From positions 7,616,001 to 7,680,000 of the forward strand of contig OZ244999.1 of NCBI GenBank assembly GCA_965223265.1: 64,000 nucleotides of DNA, in the 5' to 3' direction. The translations under genes and the position numbers were made by a program. This DNA comes from Planctomycetota bacterium. GTDB lineage: Bacteria; Planctomycetota; UBA8108; SXIK01. Below the pieces are notes generated by a model that worked only from the letters and a program-made list of their open reading frames with translations, was not told the DNA's origin and made no database searches. Numbering within the stretch: the first letter of the stretch is position 1; the number at the start of each line of letters is the position of its first letter. Of this stretch, positions 57,971-64,000 are shown one piece after another.

Positions 57971-60900
57971 TCAAAACCTCCGCACCCAGCAGTTCGATTC
58001 GCCGCAGCGATCAGGCGGCGCTGGCAGACACTCGCCCGGGCCAGGAGATGGGATCGTGAGGTCCGGGCGTGTGAAGAGATACTGCAGAAGGTGGATGGCA
58101 TCGCCCATCGCGACTTCGTCGTCGGCGTTGACGTCCGCGGCGAGTTCGCAGCTGACGCGATCGGCTTCGCCGCGGTAAAGAAAGAGTAGGATCGTGATGG
58201 GGTCCGAGACGCTCAGGATGAGATCGCCGTTGGCGTCGCCGCGCCGAAATACGATCGGCTCGACGATCGGCGCCGTCATGGCGCCGGGAGAGCCGCCGAG
58301 ACTTGTGGACGCCTGCCAGTGGTGCGGGACGTCGTTGTCACGGGTCGCATGGATATCCGTGAGCTCCAGCGAGTGGCCAAAACCATCGGCGAGGTGGGGC
58401 CAAGCGTCGCGGTCGCCGTAGCGCAGAAAGTCGATCGTTGCCGGATACCCGGGGCCGCCATCCTTGAGGCGTAGGATCTCGCCGTCGTTGTCGAGTCCAC
58501 CGCTGTACGGCCCGAGCACACGCTGCACGCCGGAGTACGCGGCACGAAACGCGTCCGGGTCCTTCGCGAGGACGAAGATCTCACCGCCGGACACTCGAGT
58601 TCCGTCGGGAAACGTATAGCCCAGGCCTTCGACGTGCCAACCCGATATGTCGATCTCTCGGTCGTCGGGATTCCACATCTCCAGAAACTCCGTCACGTCG
58701 TCCGAGCCAGGAGGGTTGAACATCACCTCCGTAATCTTCAAGCGGTCGTGTCCGGCCACTGGTAGCCATTCGTTCACCCGGTCGATCAAAAAAGGGCGCC
58801 GCCCAGCCGTGTGTTCAAGTACCCGATCGATGTTGGGAAGAAACTCGGCCGGTGCTGAAAGATCGCCGGCTGGAGCAGAACGTCCCCACTCATCGATATC
58901 TCTTTCCTGCTCCAGTACGAGAAGGTCGATGAAGCATGACGTTTTGTCGTCGAACACCTCCTGGCGGTATTTCTCCTGGAGAACGTCCCACAGACGAACC
59001 GCGAGCGCGCGGCGGTAAAAGTCACCTGCCTCGCCAAAGAATTTGTCGAGAAGCTGATTGCCTGTTCCGGGGCCACCGCCGTTCAGGAACCATGGGTTAA
59101 GTCCTGGAGTACTCATGCCGTCGTGCAGCACGCCGCCAAACTCGGCGCTCCAGTTCTTGCCGAAGCTCAGATCGATGTCCCAAACGAGCGGCATCCAGCG
59201 GTCCGTGTCGGGATCGTGGTAGAGGTAATGGTTTTTGTGAGGAAAGTCGCCGTTGTTGATGAACGCCTGTCCGACGACGTAGTCGATCATGCGATCCTCG
59301 TCGACCCGAGCTTGAAAGAAGGCCAGCAGGTCCTCACTCGCGGTGAGATGCATCGAATCGATGAACTCCGCCAGGTCGGAAAAATCCCCGTTCTCGTTGG
59401 TCTTCTTTTCGTACGGACCACTGTAGCTGGCATGTCGCTGCTCGACGGAAGCGACGGCCTTGTAGAGATTACCCGTCGGGTTGAGTCGGTTTCGGTCAAG
59501 GAAGCGACTGTCGGGATGCTCCAGGTCCGCGTACAGCCCAACGTAGGCACCGTTGGCGTGGAGACGCACGTGCTTCTCCTTGCAGGCGGGAAAACCGAGT
59601 TCTTGAAACGTCTCCCACGCCATGTTCTCGCGCACGAGCGACTTGTCGGTCCAAAGGCTCTGCAGGTTGATCTTGTGTTGCTTCTGAAAATCGCGGCCCC
59701 GGCGGAACCGCACTTTGAGGTACGGCTTGCGGCTGTTGCAGACAGACTGGCCGCGCTGGCGCAATTCGACGTTGTAATAGAGATCACCCCGGTAGGCGAA
59801 CGCAACAGGTCTGTAGGTCTCACACGAGAGGCCGGAAATCGCCGAACGCGGCGTGACGCGGGGGCCACGGCGCAGAAGGGTGTAGATCTCGAGACCTCCC
59901 GGACCTAACTGCACATCATTGACGTAGTACCCGTGACGCAAGCTCGGATCCGACTCGAGCGGGGAGATGCGGCTGCGCCCATCAACGTCGACCGCAACGA
60001 TCCGGAACGCAACCGCCGAGTCGTGGGGCTGCGGTGGCAGTTCGACGCCGAAGATGCCATCGCCTGCCGCTCCGTCGCCGTGCGCGCCGTCGTCACGCAT
60101 GGGCAAGGTCGTGTGCTCCTCGGCGTCATTGACGTTGAAGATGATATCGAGAACCTCAAGTGGAGACGCAGACGTGACGCGAGCGGTGACCCAGACGACA
60201 TCGGTCGAGCGCGGCTGGCGCGGAAACCGCTCGATCTCGTTCACCAAGGGTGGCAACCCATCGAGCGCGACGGAGTTCGGGCCTCCCGCCGTCATAAGGA
60301 CTCCCTCACCGAGCTCGAAGAATATACCGCTACTGGCGATGGCACTCGGTTGGCGTGCAACAAGTCGCTTGTCGCCACCAACGTACCTGTAATCGAACTG
60401 CAGCACGTAAAGCGGTCCACGCGTTTCCAATTCGACGGTCGATCGCGTCCGAACTGTATTGCTCGAGCCGTTGCCGGTGTCCGTCGCGATCACGCGCAGA
60501 GCACCGCCGCCGTCGGCGCCTGCCGTAGAGTCCCAAAACGTCTCGGCGTGATTGCCGCCGAACTCCCAGCCGTCGCTACCCACAGCAAAGTCGCTGTTGG
60601 CGAGCAGGTTGGTCTCCGGGTCACGGGAATCGACAAGCCGGACGTTGTCGATCAGAAACTCCCCCTCACCCCGGATGTAAAAAACGACGTTCGTTCTGGC
60701 GCGCGCAATTCCGACCGCCTGGGCGCTGCGCCAAACCGAAAGATCGCCGATTCCGGCGTCGAGCCACGCCGCGGGAGAGTCAGAAACCGCGTTGAGATCG
60801 ATCTTCTCAAGGCTCCGGCCAATGCCGTCGGCAGCTACCGGCCAGTCACCTTCATCGCGGTAGGCGATGGTATCGACGATCGCGCCATCCGGACGCACCA

Positions 60901-61744
60901 GTGTGAGCCGTTCACCGTCGTTCGAAAGCGTCCCGGCGAAATTGCCAACGCTGTTCTCGACTCCGAAGCGCAGGCGCATGTGGTCCACGTCCCGGCACAC
61001 GACAACCCGGCCACCCGGCTCGAGAATCAGGTCCTCGGTGAACTCGAATTCGATGCCGTCGGAGAAAGAGTAGCCGCGCAAATTGACCGCCGCCGCCGTG
61101 ACGTTCGTGAGCTCGACGAACTCGTCGGTGAGATCCCGGTCGAGAAACGGGTGGTAGTTAATCTCGCTGAAGGAAACCGTTGGCGGTGCGATCGGTGGTG
61201 GACACTCGCTGAGTGCGGATGGCACCAGCGGTGCCGGCGGCGCGGCGCTCCAATTGAGCGGATTGTCGGCGGCAAACGTCAAACAAACACGCTGTAGCGA
61301 CGCCCCGGATCCGTCAGCCGACGGGTCCCACGGCACATCGTCATCGTAAGCGAGCCGCTCGAGCGGGTTACTGGCGGCGTCCTCCAGCAGGAGCGTCTCC
61401 CCGCCGTTTGATAGCGACCCCGCGTAGTTACCTAAGAGGAAGGCTGAATCGAGCGAAAACAGGGCCGCCACAGCGTTCACGTCCTGACAGACGAGAAGGC
61501 GCCCTCCCGCGGGCAGGAGGATCGACGGAAACTCGAAGCGGATGCCGCGTACAAAGCGCCATCCGGTGAGGTCGACTGCTCGGACGCCAGTGTTCGTGAG
61601 CTCCAAGTACTCGGCGCCGGCAGCCGACGGGTTGTAGTGAATCTCGCTGATCACCACGTCCCCCAACGCCGGACTTGAGAGGCGAGCCAAAACGCACAAG
61701 AGGAGGACGGAAAGAGGCGAAGAATAGCGGCAGCTTGGTCTCAT
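57971..61744 (-). CDS. Secreted CotH-family kinase with lamin-tail domains, a CBM-like module and a C-terminal dockerin-like domain
   Basis: Start chosen at ATG 61744, followed by a signal peptide. Three lamin-tail domains (ISEIHYNP, FSEINYHP, ITEVMFNP). CotH motifs RQRGQS, GLYADLE, NNGDFPHKNHYLY, WDIDLSFG. FRRGDANGD...ADVNADDEVAMGD at the C-terminus. Confidence 0.88.
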   Translation of the reverse strand: MRPSCRYSSPLSVLLLCVLARLSSPALGDVVISEIHYNPSAAGAEYLELTNTGVRAVDLTGWRFVRGIRFEFPSILLPAGGRLLVCQDVNAVAALFSLDSAFLLGNYAGSLSNGGETLLLEDAASNPLERLAYDDDVPWDPSADGSGASLQRVCLTFAADNPLNWSAAPPAPLVPSALSECPPPIAPPTVSFSEINYHPFLDRDLTDEFVELTNVTAAAVNLRGYSFSDGIEFEFTEDLILEPGGRVVVCRDVDHMRLRFGVENSVGNFAGTLSNDGERLTLVRPDGAIVDTIAYRDEGDWPVAADGIGRSLEKIDLNAVSDSPAAWLDAGIGDLSVWRSAQAVGIARARTNVVFYIRGEGEFLIDNVRLVDSRDPETNLLANSDFAVGSDGWEFGGNHAETFWDSTAGADGGGALRVIATDTGNGSSNTVRTRSTVELETRGPLYVLQFDYRYVGGDKRLVARQPSAIASSGIFFELGEGVLMTAGGPNSVALDGLPPLVNEIERFPRQPRSTDVVWVTARVTSASPLEVLDIIFNVNDAEEHTTLPMRDDGAHGDGAAGDGIFGVELPPQPHDSAVAFRIVAVDVDGRSRISPLESDPSLRHGYYVNDVQLGPGGLEIYTLLRRGPRVTPRSAISGLSCETYRPVAFAYRGDLYYNVELRQRGQSVCNSRKPYLKVRFRRGRDFQKQHKINLQSLWTDKSLVRENMAWETFQELGFPACKEKHVRLHANGAYVGLYADLEHPDSRFLDRNRLNPTGNLYKAVASVEQRHASYSGPYEKKTNENGDFSDLAEFIDSMHLTASEDLLAFFQARVDEDRMIDYVVGQAFINNGDFPHKNHYLYHDPDTDRWMPLVWDIDLSFGKNWSAEFGGVLHDGMSTPGLNPWFLNGGGPGTGNQLLDKFFGEAGDFYRRALAVRLWDVLQEKYRQEVFDDKTSCFIDLLVLEQERDIDEWGRSAPAGDLSAPAEFLPNIDRVLEHTAGRRPFLIDRVNEWLPVAGHDRLKITEVMFNPPGSDDVTEFLEMWNPDDREIDISGWHVEGLGYTFPDGTRVSGGEIFVLAKDPDAFRAAYSGVQRVLGPYSGGLDNDGEILRLKDGGPGYPATIDFLRYGDRDAWPHLADGFGHSLELTDIHATRDNDVPHHWQASTSLGGSPGAMTAPIVEPIVFRRGDANGDLILSVSDPITILLFLYRGEADRVSCELAADVNADDEVAMGDAIHLLQYLFTRPDLTIPSPGPGECLPAPPDRCGESNCWVRRF

Positions 61745-61990
61745 GTGCAGTTCCCTTTGCCAGTTGGGCAGCTTCGCGGGCGCGAAAGCATCCCGCCACA
61801 CTACCGACCGTCCCCCTCGCGAGCGTGATCCAAATTCTAAGAGACGCAAAGTTGTTGCACAACCAAACGTACGAACCATCGTCACCCCCGACTCCTGGGC
61901 TCCCCCTGGCGAAGGCAGCGGCCACGGCAGTAAGATGGGTGTTCCAGTCACGTTCGTCAATTCGGCCGAACAAATCCCCAAAGGTTACGA

Positions 61991-64000
61991 ATGCTATACC
62001 GAAGTGCCACCGCGGTGGTAAAGACGCCTCGCGAGCTCACCGTCCTCCTCGTTGGATTCTTTTTGCTCGCAGCGACACGGCTTGCTGCGAACGACCCCGA
62101 CGGGACCGTCTCGCCGATGGCCGACTATTCATCAGAGCTGCCTCGCATCCCGCCGCAGGAACCGCTCGAGTCGCTGTCGCAGCTTGTCGTTCACCCGGAC
62201 TTCGAAGTGCAGCTGGTGGCCGCGGAGCCGCTCGTCGTCGATCCGGTGGCGATCTCGTTCGACCCACGCGGTCGCATGTACGTCGTCTGCATGCGCGGCT
62301 ACAGCGAGCAAGCCGACGAACTCCTCGGACAGGTACGGCTCCTCACTGACACCGACGACGACGGCGACGCCGACACCAGCACGGTGTTCATGGACCGGCT
62401 CTCATGGCCGACAGGTGTTCTCTGCTACGACGGTGGTGTCTTCGTTGCCGTGGCGCCCGATATTCTGTACGCCAAGGACTCCGACGGCGACGGCAAAGCC
62501 GACATCATCAAGAAGGTGTTCACTGGTTTCGCGCGCAGCAACGTGCAGGGACTGGTGAACTCACTGCGCTGGGGGCTCGACCACCGGATCCACGGCGCGA
62601 CGAGTCGCTCCGGCGGCATCGTCAGCCGCGCGGACGGAACGTCGAAACCGCTGGATCTCAGGGGACGCGACTTCGCGTTTGACCCCCGAACGTTGGAACT
62701 CACCGCGACGCCGGGCGGCGCGCAGCATGGCTTCTCTTTCGACGATTGGGGCCGCAAATATGTTTGCAGCAACAGTCGCCACATCGAAATGGTCTACTAC
62801 GATGAACGCTACATCGCGCGCAATCCTCTCCTCGTTCCCCCGCCCAACCGCGTTCTGATTGCGGTTGACGGCGGCCAGGCGGAGGTCTACCGCATCAGCC
62901 CGGTAGAGCCGTGGCGTATCGTTCGTACACGCCTGCGCAAGGTGGGGAGCGTTCCAGGGCCAGTCGAAGGTGGCGGCCGCGCCGCCGGCTACTTCACGGC
63001 CGCTACCGGTATCACGATCTACCGCGGTGACGCATGGGACCGCAAACACCGCGGCCGACCGTTTATCGGCGACGTCGGCAGTAACATCATCCACAGAAAA
63101 ATCTTGCAGCCCGAGAGCGTCGGATTCTTAGCGCGGCGCATGGATTCCAAGAAAGAGTTCTTGGCGTCACCAGACAATTGGTTTCGACCGGTGCAAATGG
63201 CGAACAGCCCTGACGGCAATCTCTACGTCCTCGATATGTATCGAGAGGTGATCGAACACCCTCTGAGCGTACCGCCGATTATCAAGAAGCATCTCGATCT
63301 AACGAGCGGTCGAGATCGCGGTCGCATCTACCGAATCGTCCCGAAGAGTCATCAACTTCGTTCGCCTCCGAACCTCGATGAAGCGACGACTGAGCAGCTC
63401 GTCGCGATGCTCGACCATCGAAACGCGTGGCATCGCGAAACGGCCGCCCGCCTGCTCTACACCCGACAGGACCTTGCGGCGATCGAGCCTCTCAGAAAAC
63501 TCGCCGTTTCGGCGAAGACTCCACAGGGGAGAATCCAAGCTCTCTATTCCCTCAAAGCGATGGGGGCGTTAACGGCCAACGTGGTCTTACCGCTTCTCAA
63601 ACACGATCACGCGCGAGCGCGGGAACAAGCCATCCGACTACTCGAACCGTTTGCGGCGGATTCGAGCGAGGTGCGCGAGCGCCTCTATGCGATGACGCGA
63701 GACGTCGACGCCCGTGTGCGCTATCAACTTGCGTTCACACTCGGCGAAGTGCGCGATGAACGTCGTTACGATGCATTCAAAGCGATCATCCAGCGCGATC
63801 CGAAAGATGAGTGGATCCGTCTGGCGTGCTTGAGCTCTCTCAACGAAGGCCTAGCACGCGTCTTCAAATTGCTCGTCGACGACAAGAACTATCTCAGACG
63901 CCTGCCGTCGCGACTCGACTACGACCTCTACATAGATATGCTTGGCGCATTCGCCGAACAAATCGCGCGGCGGGGAATCAGTGGCGACAAAGAAATTGTG
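61991..64000 (+). CDS. PVC-type heme-binding CxxCH family beta-propeller/HEAT protein (3' end runs off the window)
   Basis: Not in the ORF track. Hand translation gives MLYRSATAV...FEVQLVAAEPLVVDPVAISFDPRGRMYV...NSLRWGLD...FDDWG...WFRPVQMANSPDG...DMYREVIEHP...GRIYR, then HEAT repeats. The heme motif itself lies outside the window. Confidence 0.88.
   Translation, partial: MLYRSATAVVKTPRELTVLLVGFFLLAATRLAANDPDGTVSPMADYSSELPRIPPQEPLESLSQLVVHPDFEVQLVAAEPLVVDPVAISFDPRGRMYVVCMRGYSEQADELLGQVRLLTDTDDDGDADTSTVFMDRLSWPTGVLCYDGGVFVAVAPDILYAKDSDGDGKADIIKKVFTGFARSNVQGLVNSLRWGLDHRIHGATSRSGGIVSRADGTSKPLDLRGRDFAFDPRTLELTATPGGAQHGFSFDDWGRKYVCSNSRHIEMVYYDERYIARNPLLVPPPNRVLIAVDGGQAEVYRISPVEPWRIVRTRLRKVGSVPGPVEGGGRAAGYFTAATGITIYRGDAWDRKHRGRPFIGDVGSNIIHRKILQPESVGFLARRMDSKKEFLASPDNWFRPVQMANSPDGNLYVLDMYREVIEHPLSVPPIIKKHLDLTSGRDRGRIYRIVPKSHQLRSPPNLDEATTEQLVAMLDHRNAWHRETAARLLYTRQDLAAIEPLRKLAVSAKTPQGRIQALYSLKAMGALTANVVLPLLKHDHARAREQAIRLLEPFAADSSEVRERLYAMTRDVDARVRYQLAFTLGEVRDERRYDAFKAIIQRDPKDEWIRLACLSSLNEGLARVFKLLVDDKNYLRRLPSRLDYDLYIDMLGAFAEQIARRGISGDKEIV

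Overview
GC-rich bacterial DNA with a typical Planctomycetota gene set: three DUF1549/DUF1553 (PSD1) + DUF1501 gene pairs, two PVC-type heme-binding beta-propeller proteins, two sulfatases and several large secreted multidomain proteins. I found no rRNA, tRNA, CRISPR array or transposase. Four observations stand out. (1) A dispersed set of secreted proteins carries dockerin-like calcium-binding tags: a non-catalytic dockerin-cohesin-dockerin-cohesin-dockerin scaffoldin-like protein, a CotH-family kinase, an FG-GAP protein with an intact-looking glucan-water-dikinase-like phosphohistidine + ATP-grasp module, and a histidine phosphatase. Together they suggest a cellulosome-like extracytoplasmic phosphotransfer assembly (hypothesis). 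(2) An OsmC-family gene at 956-1423 (-) is missed by the ORF track because an in-frame UGA sits at the catalytic Cys position; it is followed by a SECIS-like hairpin, so it is probably a selenoprotein. (3) CTAG-bounded, highly structured MITE-like elements occur in tandem at two loci. (4) A Ser/Thr kinase-ATPase-TPR-sigma54 activator fusion lies near a candidate sigma54 promoter upstream of the scaffoldin. All family calls come from motif recognition by eye, not database searches.
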